From: Candidatus Altiarchaeota archaeon | Lineage (GTDB): Archaea; Altiarchaeota; Altiarchaeia; IMC4; QMZM01 | Length of the DNA stretch: 27,642 nt | Assembly (NCBI GenBank): GCA_016931955.1 | Contig: JAFGDV010000013.1 | Span: forward strand, 1 to 27,642 | Direction: 5' to 3' | Part shown: piece by piece, positions 19,060 to 27,048 of the stretch | Layout of the letters: every line of letters begins with the position of its first letter | Position numbering within the stretch: position 1 is the first letter of the stretch | The notes under the pieces: model-generated | Database searches by the model: none | What the model saw: only the letters and a program-made list of their open reading frames with translations | Told to the model about the DNA's origin: nothing | Translations under genes and position numbers: made by a program

Positions 19060-20180
19060 GAGACAGATACAAGATAGCGTTGATAATAGTAGCGTTCTTC
19101 GCCTTCTATTTTATTCCACACTATCTGCCGCAGGCAGCTCAGGCCTCAAAAGACCCGCTGATGAACGGATTATTCATGCTCTACGACTACGCAAAAGCCC
19201 ACACATTGACCTGCCTTCTGCCAGCGTTCTTCATTGCGGGGGCAATATCCGCTCTTATGCCAAAGGAGAGCATCAGCCGCCACCTAGGACAGAAGGCACC
19301 TAGACATATAGCGTATCCGCTTGCGATACTAGGCGGATTACTTTTAGCAGTCTGCTCCTGCACCATCCTCCCATTGTTTGCGGGGATAAAGAAGAAGGGC
19401 GCAGGTTTGGGGCCGGCGATAGCGTTCCTCTACACCTCTCCGGCTACGAACATTCTAGCGATAGTCTTCACCGGCGGAGTATTAGGCTGGCAGCTTGCAG
19501 GCTCAAGGATATTTCTCTCAGTCATATTCGCAACCCTCATCGGGATCATAATAACGGCCATATTCAAGGAAGACGATGTAAAACCCACCGAATCCCAGGA
19601 AAAAATCCGGTGGAATCTGAAAAACATCCTCACAGACAGAATCTTCCAGTTCACCGCCACACTCATCCTGATCCTGATAACAGGGACGAGGCTCACCGGC
19701 ATGGAGAGGATCGTGGCATTCCTCGGGTTGACGTTTCTCCTAATACTGCAGGCAATATACCGGCTGAGCAGAGAGGAAGCCAAGGCGTGGCTTTCCGAGA
19801 GCTACCTTTTCACAGCTAAAATATTCCCATTGCTTCTCATCGGAGTCTTCGTCGCAGGAGCCATCTCCGCCCTGATGCCAGAAGACCTCTTAGAGAACTA
19901 CGTCGGAGGAAACACCATAACAGCAAACCTTTTCGCAGTATTGTTCGGCGTAGTAATGTATTTTCCAACACTCGTTGAAGTCCCGATGGCGCAGATGTTC
20001 CTCAGCCATGGAATGGGCAACGGACCGCTGCTGGCTTACCTATTAGCTGATCCGGTCATCTCGCTGCCCAGCATATTGGTCGTAAGAGGACTCATAGGCA
20101 CGAAGAAGACGGCAGTATACATTCTGCTGATAACATTCTTCTGCACGCTCGCAGGACTCATATATGGAACATTAACCTAA
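19056..20180 (+). CDS. ArsP/DUF318-family permease
   Basis: CLLPAFFIAGAI, LAVCSCTILPLF, YFPTLVEVP, GPLLAYLLADP. Confidence 0.9.
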   Translation: MRDRYKIALIIVAFFAFYFIPHYLPQAAQASKDPLMNGLFMLYDYAKAHTLTCLLPAFFIAGAISALMPKESISRHLGQKAPRHIAYPLAILGGLLLAVCSCTILPLFAGIKKKGAGLGPAIAFLYTSPATNILAIVFTGGVLGWQLAGSRIFLSVIFATLIGIIITAIFKEDDVKPTESQEKIRWNLKNILTDRIFQFTATLILILITGTRLTGMERIVAFLGLTFLLILQAIYRLSREEAKAWLSESYLFTAKIFPLLLIGVFVAGAISALMPEDLLENYVGGNTITANLFAVLFGVVMYFPTLVEVPMAQMFLSHGMGNGPLLAYLLADPVISLPSILVVRGLIGTKKTAVYILLITFFCTLAGLIYGTLT

Positions 20181-20181
20181 G

Positions 20182-20949
20182 ATGGAAAACGAAAAGATGA
20201 GGAAGGCTGTTAGAGAGGGCTACGCCAGGATAGCGGAGAAAGGTGGTTGCTGCGTTCCCAGTAATTCATGCTGCGGAGGCGCTGATCTTACAGAGAATAT
20301 CAGCAGGAAAATCGGATACTCTGAGAGGGAGCTTAGGGCTGTTCCAGAGGGATCGAATCTCGGGCTTGGCTGCGGGAATCCAATCGCCCTCGCCTCTCTA
20401 AGAGAGGGTGACATGGTTCTCGACCTCGGCTCAGGGGCTGGATTCGACTGTTTCTTAGCTGCCAACGTAGTCGGCGGAAAAGGCAGGGTTATCGGCGTAG
20501 ATATGACGCCTGAGATGATCGAGAAGGCCAGGATGAACGCCAAAGAAGGCAGATATAAGAATGTGGAGTTCAGATTAGGGGAGATCGAGAACCTTCCCGT
20601 AGGCGATAATTCCGTCGACGTAATAATCTCGAACTGCGTCATCAATCTCTCACCGGACAAGGAAAGGGTCTTCAGGGAAGCCTTCAGGGTGCTGAAGCCA
20701 GGCGGCAGATTAATGGTTTCAGACATTGTTCTGTTGAAGGAACTCCCAGATTCCGTAAAGGATAGTATCAAAGCATATGTTGGCTGCGTCTCCGGTGCCT
20801 TAATGAGGAACAAATATCTTGACTTAGTAGAGGAGGCTGGTTTTCATGATGTCAAGGCCATAGAGGATTCCAGCTTCCCCATTGAGTGCATTGCCGAGGT
20901 TGCGGATTCGATTGCAAGCATAAGGGTCTCAGCAATAAAACCTGGATGA
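20182..20949 (+). CDS. arsM: Arsenite S-adenosylmethionine methyltransferase
   Basis: Cys-rich N-terminus, NLGLGCGNP, LDLGSGAGFDC, ISNCVINL, GCVSGA. Confidence 0.95.
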   Translation: MENEKMRKAVREGYARIAEKGGCCVPSNSCCGGADLTENISRKIGYSERELRAVPEGSNLGLGCGNPIALASLREGDMVLDLGSGAGFDCFLAANVVGGKGRVIGVDMTPEMIEKARMNAKEGRYKNVEFRLGEIENLPVGDNSVDVIISNCVINLSPDKERVFREAFRVLKPGGRLMVSDIVLLKELPDSVKDSIKAYVGCVSGALMRNKYLDLVEEAGFHDVKAIEDSSFPIECIAEVADSIASIRVSAIKPG

Positions 20950-21007
20950 GAAGATTTTACTCGGTCGTATTCATCTGCATTGGAGTCTACTACTCTTGTG
21001 AGTTATA

Positions 21008-21748
21008 GTGGATAATAGCCTATATTATTCTGTGAAATCATATGCAGTATTCCTTATCTTTGTGTTGCTTGCATTTCCAGTCAACGGAGAATCCTATTAC
21101 GCCGACGTGTCTGTGGAGGTCGAAGAATCAGGTGTCTCATCTATCTCTGGAATAAGCAATCACCCGCTCCTCCAAGAGAGGGCCACCGACTCCCTTACAT
21201 CCAAGAAGGGTGGACATTGGCTCTTCAACCTGACGCTGCCCGAGGAAGACCTGTTCTCTGATTTTGTATATACTGTAGACCTCCCTGATGGAGCGGAAAT
21301 CAACTACGTGAAGACCACCGGGAGGTTCAGGATAACCTCTTCTGAAGGCAGGATATCCGTGAGCGGCACCGGAAGCGACATGGATATGAGCGTACTCATA
21401 CAGTACCGTTTAGCTGCCCGCGAGGAGACCAACAGTTGGTATCTGCTTCCTGTTGCATTCTTCACCGTCCTAGCGGTTGCTTTAATCTATCTCAAATCAA
21501 GGAGGAAGCCTGCATCCGAGGAAGCTAAACCAGAGGAGCCCTTCCTTGATGTCTTGACTGAAAGGCAGAAGGCTATTCTCCAAATTATCACTGAATCCGA
21601 TAAGCCAGTCAACCAGTCCTTGATCTGTGAGAGGCTTAGCCTCCCGAAGTCTTCTGTTTCGAGGAACGTGAATTCATTGGCTGGACTAGGCCTCATAGAG
21701 AAGAGGAGGGTGGGTGTTAGCACCTTCCTCTCATTGAAGAGGTCCTGA
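21008..21748 (+). CDS. Membrane-anchored winged-HTH regulator (signal peptide, extracellular domain, TM, C-terminal HTH)
   Basis: N-terminal hydrophobic signal, TM WYLLPVAFFTVLAVALIYL, LTERQKAIL...NQSLICERLSLPKSSVSR. Confidence 0.82.
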   Translation: MDNSLYYSVKSYAVFLIFVLLAFPVNGESYYADVSVEVEESGVSSISGISNHPLLQERATDSLTSKKGGHWLFNLTLPEEDLFSDFVYTVDLPDGAEINYVKTTGRFRITSSEGRISVSGTGSDMDMSVLIQYRLAAREETNSWYLLPVAFFTVLAVALIYLKSRRKPASEEAKPEEPFLDVLTERQKAILQIITESDKPVNQSLICERLSLPKSSVSRNVNSLAGLGLIEKRRVGVSTFLSLKRS

Positions 21749-21836
21749 CTTGTTCCGCCTTTTTCCACCTGTTCCGGCCGGAATCTTTTATGTTGTTCCA
21801 GCTAAATCACTGATAGAACACTTAGAGGTGCTTGAG

Positions 21837-22862
21837 ATGAAAAAATTGTTTATCTTTGCGGTTATGTTTCTGTTGGCATTAAGTATTACGTCAGCAGATA
21901 ATGAAACAATAGAACCACCCGAGGAGAACGAGACAGTGGAACCACCGGAAGAGAACCAGACAGTAGATGAGGATGTTGATGCCTTTGGATCTGTTTTAGG
22001 TGCTGAGATCAGGCTTCTGCAGCTTGAAAGTGCTTTGACGAAGAACATCCTCTGGGGGGAGGAGATTGTTGCAGCGATCTTGGGGAAGAATTCAAGCGCT
22101 GATGTAAGCGAGCTTGAGGCTATTCTCGCAGAGCTGCAGGTCTTGAGGAATGATGTCGCATCCACTGCCCCTGAGTCAGGCAGTGAATCTGCTCTGCTGT
22201 TTGTGGACTTGAAGAAGGATGCCATAGATCTGACCCATGAATTCCGGACTATTGCGCAGAACATGCTTAAACCGAACGAAGCCGACGGCCTTCGCAGAAG
22301 GCTTCAATTGATCAAGTGGGATGAGACGAAGGCTCGGAATGGGAGAATCCACGCCCTCCAAAGGGAATACAACGCCCAGAAGGTGAATGAATCCCTTTCC
22401 ACGATCGGTGTAAGCAATCCTCAGCTGTTAGATAGGGTGCGTGCAGGAAATGCATCTCTCTCCGAGGTGAAGGCGTCTCTTAAGGCTGCAATACAGAACA
22501 TGGGTGCATACAACAAGACTCAGGCGATGGTAGCATTACAAGAGAATGTTGCCAGGAAGAATGTCTTCAAGAGGGCTGTAATTGAAAAAGTGGGATACAA
22601 GAAGCTTGAGAGGCTTCAGACGCGGACCGAAAACAGGATCGCTGCCGCCCAGAGCCTCAATCTCTCGGAGAAGACACATGCCAGGCTTGAAAACCGCCTA
22701 CAGAAGGCAATTAAGAAGGAAGAGCGCATACAGAACAGAACCGAGGAGGAGATTAACAGATCAGAGCAGGTCTCTGAGAAGACGCCTTCACAGGCGCAGG
22801 TCAAAGGCGTGAATAAATCCCAGAATGGTAACGGTAATGGTGTTGGAGGTGGTAGGAGATGA
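21837..22862 (+). CDS. Secreted alpha-helical/coiled-coil hypothetical protein
   Basis: RBS gaggtg then MKKLFIFAVMFLLALSITSA signal; NETIEPPEE/NETVEPPEE repeat; many N-x-S/T sequons; NG-rich tail. Confidence 0.8.
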   Translation: MKKLFIFAVMFLLALSITSADNETIEPPEENETVEPPEENQTVDEDVDAFGSVLGAEIRLLQLESALTKNILWGEEIVAAILGKNSSADVSELEAILAELQVLRNDVASTAPESGSESALLFVDLKKDAIDLTHEFRTIAQNMLKPNEADGLRRRLQLIKWDETKARNGRIHALQREYNAQKVNESLSTIGVSNPQLLDRVRAGNASLSEVKASLKAAIQNMGAYNKTQAMVALQENVARKNVFKRAVIEKVGYKKLERLQTRTENRIAAAQSLNLSEKTHARLENRLQKAIKKEERIQNRTEEEINRSEQVSEKTPSQAQVKGVNKSQNGNGNGVGGGRR

Positions 22863-23041
22863 AAAAATTTTTGGTTTTTTTCCTGGCTTTGTCTCTGCTC
22901 TTCCTAGGCTGCCTTGACGGAGGTATTGAAGAGAAAACGCCTTCATCTACTACCTTGGCTTCTGAGGACCTCTCCTTGGAAGAATTAGATGTTTCCTTTA
23001 TGTTGGAGAATGACTCAGTAGAAATCGGGGACATGATCTAG
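22859..23041 (+). CDS. Small acidic lipoprotein
   Basis: ATGA overlap, MKKFLVFFLALSLLFLGC lipobox, acidic tail ending VEIGDMI. Confidence 0.72.
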   Translation: MKKFLVFFLALSLLFLGCLDGGIEEKTPSSTTLASEDLSLEELDVSFMLENDSVEIGDMI

Positions 23042-23045
23042 GTTT

Positions 23046-23573
23046 TTACTTACAGAATGCGAAGGCCCAGTCTCCGCAGCCTTGTTTGCCGCTTGGGACT
23101 GATGGGTTGCATTCTACGGGCTGACACCACCCCTGTGAGCCAATCATACAGCCTTCGCTGCAGTTTCCGTCCGCGCAGGGCGGCTGAAGCTCTCCCCCAC
23201 AGGGCTGACATAATCCCAGGGTTCCTACCACGTAGCCTTCCATGCAGCCGAAATCACAAGAAACCTGAAAGACGCCTCCACAGAGGGTTGTAGTGGTTGA
23301 GGTGGTTGTGGTCGTCGTAGTTGTAGTGGTCGTCGTGGTTGTAGTGGTCGTTGTCGTAGTCGAAGTGGTCGTAGTCGAAGTGGTTGTCGTAGTTGTGGTC
23401 GTAGTGGTCACGAATACTACAATGGATACTGCACTTATCGTCAGCATACCCAGTAACACTATTGTTATGAAAATGACAACTGTCGTTGACGTGTTCTTTC
23501 CCTTCTCTGGTTCCTCTTCTTCGTCGAAGAGCGTGCTCCTCTTCTCCCTAAAATTAAAGGACTGCAGACCCAT
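23046..23573 (-). CDS. Membrane-anchored surface protein with poly-Thr stalk and Cys-rich head
   Basis: Single TM, 41-residue Thr/Ser run, two CGGxxQxxC repeats; ATG 23573 preferred. Confidence 0.78.
   Translation of the reverse strand: MGLQSFNFREKRSTLFDEEEEPEKGKNTSTTVVIFITIVLLGMLTISAVSIVVFVTTTTTTTTTTSTTTTSTTTTTTTTTTTTTTTTTTTTSTTTTLCGGVFQVSCDFGCMEGYVVGTLGLCQPCGGELQPPCADGNCSEGCMIGSQGWCQPVECNPSVPSGKQGCGDWAFAFCK
23286..23408 (-). repeat. Poly-Thr codon repeat (ACN)n
   Basis: 41 Thr/Ser codons with mixed third positions; internal 15-bp tandem duplication at 23353-23382. Confidence 0.9.
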
Positions 23574-23740
23574 ATTATGTTTAAGTATGGTTTTCCACGG
23601 ATAAAAACAGCCCCAATAAGCCGCCTTAGATCCCATCAAGACTTGTTTTGTGTTTTTGGAGGGCATGAATCCTTAGAAAAGTTCAGAAAATATGCTATTT
23701 ATTGGATTGTTTCCATAGTTTAACAGTAGGAGGTGCTTTC

Positions 23741-24196
23741 ATGGTCGGCCACTTAGGGCATATATTAGGGGGCGTGCTTGTATTAGCATTCTGTGCCTGG
23801 CTTCTGACGCTTGTTGGAGTATGGGATTTCATCCAGATCATAGCCGTTCTATTGATTCTCTTTGTCTTATCGTGCGCTGTTTATTATATCAAAACAGAGG
23901 CTGACATAATAAAAAGGCGCGAAGAAGATAAAAGAAAACGCGAGGAACAGGAGAAGAAACAGAAGGGAGAGAAAGAGAGACAGGAGAAGGAACGGCAGGA
24001 GCGGTTGGAGAAGGAAACCGACATCGCATTGGGTCAGGTGAAAAAATTGAGGGACGTGGACCTCTATGGTCTCACAGAGGAGCAGAGGAAGTATCTCATA
24101 AATGAATGGAAGAAACAGATTCGCACTTACCTCCAGCGGGGCTGGACGTGGGAGAAGACCGTAGAACAAGTATGCAAAGGAGTACCTCCAGTCTAA
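23741..24196 (+). CDS. Hypothetical 2-TM protein with charged coiled coil
   Basis: Strong RBS aggaggtg before ATG 23741; two TM helices then an E/K/R-rich helix. Confidence 0.72.
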   Translation: MVGHLGHILGGVLVLAFCAWLLTLVGVWDFIQIIAVLLILFVLSCAVYYIKTEADIIKRREEDKRKREEQEKKQKGEKERQEKERQERLEKETDIALGQVKKLRDVDLYGLTEEQRKYLINEWKKQIRTYLQRGWTWEKTVEQVCKGVPPV

Positions 24197-24683
24197 TGGT
24201 GGTTGAAGTGACTGAATCCTTTTTTTTTTCTTGCGAACTTGGGGTATTCTCTTAAGAAGCGTTTTGGTTATGGCGGATTTCAGATAATTAGATCTGGGTC
24301 TATTGGCGGCTTTGCAGGTTTTTTGATTTTTTTGTTAGTCATCGTGGTAAGTAGTCTGTTTATAATGATTTTTCCCTTTTTCAGGGCTGTTGGCTTTATT
24401 TTTTTTCCGCTCATTATTTTATGTGCTTTTTTAAGTGGTCTTTTTTCAAGTCATTCTCTAAGCCGCAGCATTCGCTCCCCAAGTTTGTTTAATCATCTAA
24501 CAGCAGCTATTGTAAGCGCTGTGTTTTTTTTCATTAGATCATGCTCTCTGTGTTTATCTGTTTATGTTTTCTTCCTCTGCATTATTCCTTACTTTCATAT
24601 CTTCCTTCGTATTTACTTTGATTCCCAGTTTCTTGGGCGGACTGATAGGTGGAATTCTTTCAAAGAAAAAAAAGAGGGGATAA
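24196..24683 (+). pseudogene. Multi-TM membrane protein gene with two +1 frameshifts in poly-T tracts
   Basis: Removing one T from T10 (24220-24229) and one from T8 (24524-24531) gives one ORF from MVVEVTESFFFLANLG to LIPSFLGGLIGGILSKKKKRG*. Confidence 0.6.
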
Positions 24684-24747
24684 ATAGTCTCAAAAAAAAC
24701 TGCCTTTTTATCTGGTTGTCTCCATTAGATAAATTGAGGTGTTTCGT

Positions 24748-25758
24748 GTGCGAGGTTTTGTGTTTTTGTTTGTTGTTTTGTTTTTGTTTTCGTGTTGTGT
24801 TGAGGAGCGGGTGGATTCTCCGATCACTTGTTGTAGCGGTGGTGGATTTGAGGTTGTTTTGGGTTTTGATGAGCCAGTAACCGGTTCGGAATTGACGACG
24901 TATGAGGGCATATTAGGGGATCGGTTAGGTTATATTGGGTTTGAGAGATACTATCTGGTTTCTCAGGGAAACCGGAGTATTCTGGTTCAGGTCTGCAGTG
25001 TCTCATCTGAGGATTTAGACAGAGTTCTGAAGCCGGGTAGGTTTGAAGCCAGGATAGACGGAGAACTCGCGATACTGGGTTCTGAGGTAAGCGCCGACTT
25101 GGGTCCGCAGGGAAGCGCTATTAGCGGCAGTGGATCTTATTATAGTTGGTACGTCTCCCTCAGATTAGATTATGACGGTGGTCAACGCTTCTGTGAGATT
25201 GGGGGGGATAAGAAGGGCAGGCCCATTGACATGTTCCTCGACCGTCCGGAGAACACGATACTTGTCGTGGATAAGGTCACATACACTATTCTCGGTGAAC
25301 TCACTGAAGATAAAGACGATCCATCCTATGATTCCTATGTCCAAATTGTTGAAAACCGTTCACTGATACCCCTTCTGGTGATAGAAAACAACACATTTGA
25401 CCTTGAGCGGCTTTCAGCATTAAAAGACTATAAGAAAGCGATCTTAGCCGGCGACGAAGAGCATATACCTGAGGCTGTCAGAGAGAAACTTGAGGGACAC
25501 GGCTTTACTACTGTGAGGAAGCCTCGAGAAGGTAAAGACTATGAGGAATGGGTTCTGGATTTGGTGGGTCTAAGGTCGTCTCCACGGCTTAGATGTGATC
25601 CCTGCACTCAATGCAAGTATGCTGCTCAGATCGCCGGCAGCGCCTTTACCTTAGAAGGAGCTAAACAGGATAGGGATGAGATCATGTCTCTTTTGGGGTT
25701 CGGTATGTTGCCTGCCAACTTGGGGATAGAATCTAAGACAACGATTCCGGCATGCTAG
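24748..25758 (+). CDS. Putative lipoprotein consisting of an archaeal SecD extracytoplasmic (P1)-like domain without the TM bundle
   Basis: Signal ending FLFSCC; ILGDRLG..G..GNRSILVQV, KPGRFEARI, WYVSLRL...GGQRF, PIDMFLD, AQIAG, LGFGMLPANL; RBS gaggtg before GTG 24748. Confidence 0.72.
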   Translation: MRGFVFLFVVLFLFSCCVEERVDSPITCCSGGGFEVVLGFDEPVTGSELTTYEGILGDRLGYIGFERYYLVSQGNRSILVQVCSVSSEDLDRVLKPGRFEARIDGELAILGSEVSADLGPQGSAISGSGSYYSWYVSLRLDYDGGQRFCEIGGDKKGRPIDMFLDRPENTILVVDKVTYTILGELTEDKDDPSYDSYVQIVENRSLIPLLVIENNTFDLERLSALKDYKKAILAGDEEHIPEAVREKLEGHGFTTVRKPREGKDYEEWVLDLVGLRSSPRLRCDPCTQCKYAAQIAGSAFTLEGAKQDRDEIMSLLGFGMLPANLGIESKTTIPAC

Positions 25759-25762
25759 GATG

Positions 25763-25774
25763 TAGTGCCTAACT
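25763..25774 (+). repeat. 12-bp direct repeat, left copy
   Basis: tagtgcctaact, identical to 26348-26359; brackets the TA pair. Confidence 0.7.
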
Positions 25775-25853
25775 GAGATGCCGCCATATTGAGGAAGGCG
25801 TAGTTGATAATATTTATGTCTTAAACTGATAATTATCTATTGAGGGAGAAAAA

Positions 25854-26015
25854 ATGGCTGAGATGATACATATCTCAAAGAAGGAATATGAGGAGATGAA
25901 GGCTACAATAGAGACCCTCCAAGATCAGGAGGTTTTGAAGCAGATTGCTATGAGTGAAAAAGAGATCCTTGAAGGGAAAACCCACAGATGGAAGGATGTG
26001 AGGGATAAAATCTAG
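25854..26015 (+). CDS. 53-aa antitoxin-like protein (RelB/Phd C-terminal type), absent from the ORF track
   Basis: MAEMIHISKKEYEEMKATIETLQDQEVLKQIAMSEKEILEGKTHRWKDVRDKI*; purine-rich RBS upstream. Confidence 0.78.
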   Translation: MAEMIHISKKEYEEMKATIETLQDQEVLKQIAMSEKEILEGKTHRWKDVRDKI

Positions 26016-26293
26016 TATTCCTTTTCGGCTTCTTTCTTGCTTTTCAGGGCTACCAGATGCAGCAGATTTTTTGCTTTGTCTTCTAAGAACCACAGCCTCC
26101 AACTGCCAATCCTCTGCTGGAGGAATGGGTGGAGTCTTCCCTTGAGTCGTTTTTCTATCACCTTCGGGGGTTCGATGTCGAGCTCTGATATCTTGTATTC
26201 TATGTCGCCCAGTTTTTTCTTGATTCTTTCTCTGTCCGTTCCGCTCAGAGTCAATAATTTCTTTAGGATATGGTCTGGTATCTCAAGTTCCAT
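26012..26293 (-). CDS. RelE/ParE-like toxin
   Basis: 93 aa, basic; KKLLTL...RERIKKKL, KRLKG, LQQRIGSWRL resembling YRLRIGDYRV. Confidence 0.72.
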   Translation of the reverse strand: MELEIPDHILKKLLTLSGTDRERIKKKLGDIEYKISELDIEPPKVIEKRLKGRLHPFLQQRIGSWRLWFLEDKAKNLLHLVALKSKKEAEKEY

Positions 26294-26347
26294 TGTTAAT
26301 ACTATAGCATACGCTCATAAAATTCTGGATGGATTTTTGCGAGGCCA

Positions 26348-26359
26348 TAGTGCCTAACT
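26348..26359 (+). repeat. 12-bp direct repeat, right copy
   Basis: tagtgcctaact, identical to 25763-25774. Confidence 0.7.
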
Positions 26360-26376
26360 TTTTAACTGCGGAACCT

Positions 26377-26709
26377 TCAGGCAGGAACGGTCTTATCCTG
26401 CTTTTCCAGCTCTTTCTTGATGAAGTAGTCGGAGATCCTGACGTCAACCTTTACCAATTCCTGGACAAGAGGGTTTTTCTCGTCAAGGCGGTATAGTCTG
26501 GCGTTGGCTATCGTCCGGGTCTGCTCTACAATACCTGTTTCCAAGAGCCCTGGAAATATCCTATGCAGGGTGGACCATGAAACTCCTGAGTTCTTGGAGA
26601 TGTCTGATAGTGTGTAGTCATACAAGCCTCTTTCAGCTAACAGAAAGTCTATGACTTTGATCGTCGGCGAGTCCCCGAAGACCCTCTTGAAAGCGGATTT
26701 TTCCTCCAT
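26377..26709 (-). CDS. Winged-HTH DNA-binding protein
   Basis: FGDSPTIKVIDFLL, DYTLSDISKNSGVSWSTL, TRTIANARLYRL. Confidence 0.85.
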   Translation of the reverse strand: MEEKSAFKRVFGDSPTIKVIDFLLAERGLYDYTLSDISKNSGVSWSTLHRIFPGLLETGIVEQTRTIANARLYRLDEKNPLVQELVKVDVRISDYFIKKELEKQDKTVPA

Positions 26710-26809
26710 CGTTAATTATTATTATTCATAGTATTTAAATTTAATTATTTGAATTAAATTTTTGGTATACTACACATATGGATATAAACGCCCGACTCTA
26801 TATATTTTT

Positions 26810-27046
26810 ATGGATAAGCTTAAAGTTCACATACTCAGAAGGCTGCACAGGCACACCTACGTCGGCAGACGGCATATGGCAATAACGGACCTGATGTAGG
26901 GTTTGCCCAGAGAGGAAAGAGTTCTCAGAGATATAAAGCAGGTAGCCAAGGAACTGATAAATGAGGGCTATCTACTACCCCAACACACCGACAGAGTATC
27001 CATCAACCCAAGAATGCTCAAGGAGATCAGAGAAATCGCCAGTTAA
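26810..27046 (+). pseudogene. 78-codon small basic archaeal protein with in-frame amber at codon 30
   Basis: MDKLKVHILRRLHRHTYVGRRHMAITDLM*GLPREE...KELINEGYLLP...VSINPRMLKEIREIAS*; protein-like on both sides of TAG 26897-26899. Confidence 0.72.
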
Positions 27047-27048
27047 AG

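Noticed and set aside
23293-23604. Poly-Val ORF on the + strand
   Set aside because: Antisense shadow of the poly-Thr gene.
24239-24880. 213-aa ORF as listed in the track
   Set aside because: Its C-terminal part overlaps the SecD-like gene; the frameshift-repaired version ending at 24683 is more plausible.
25767-25810. Integron attC site (GCCTAAC fits RYYYAAC just after a stop codon)
   Set aside because: No matching GTTRRRY core or long attC stem downstream of either copy, and no integrase.
25875-26102. 75-aa minus-strand ORF as the co-directional antitoxin
   Set aside because: It overlaps the toxin by about 90 bp and lacks antitoxin features; the + strand 53-aa ORF has an RBS and a recognisable pattern.
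26897-26899. Genome-wide amber recoding
   Set aside because: TAG ends several bona fide genes here (8614, 14127, 18062, 23041, 25758) and no pyl genes are in the window.
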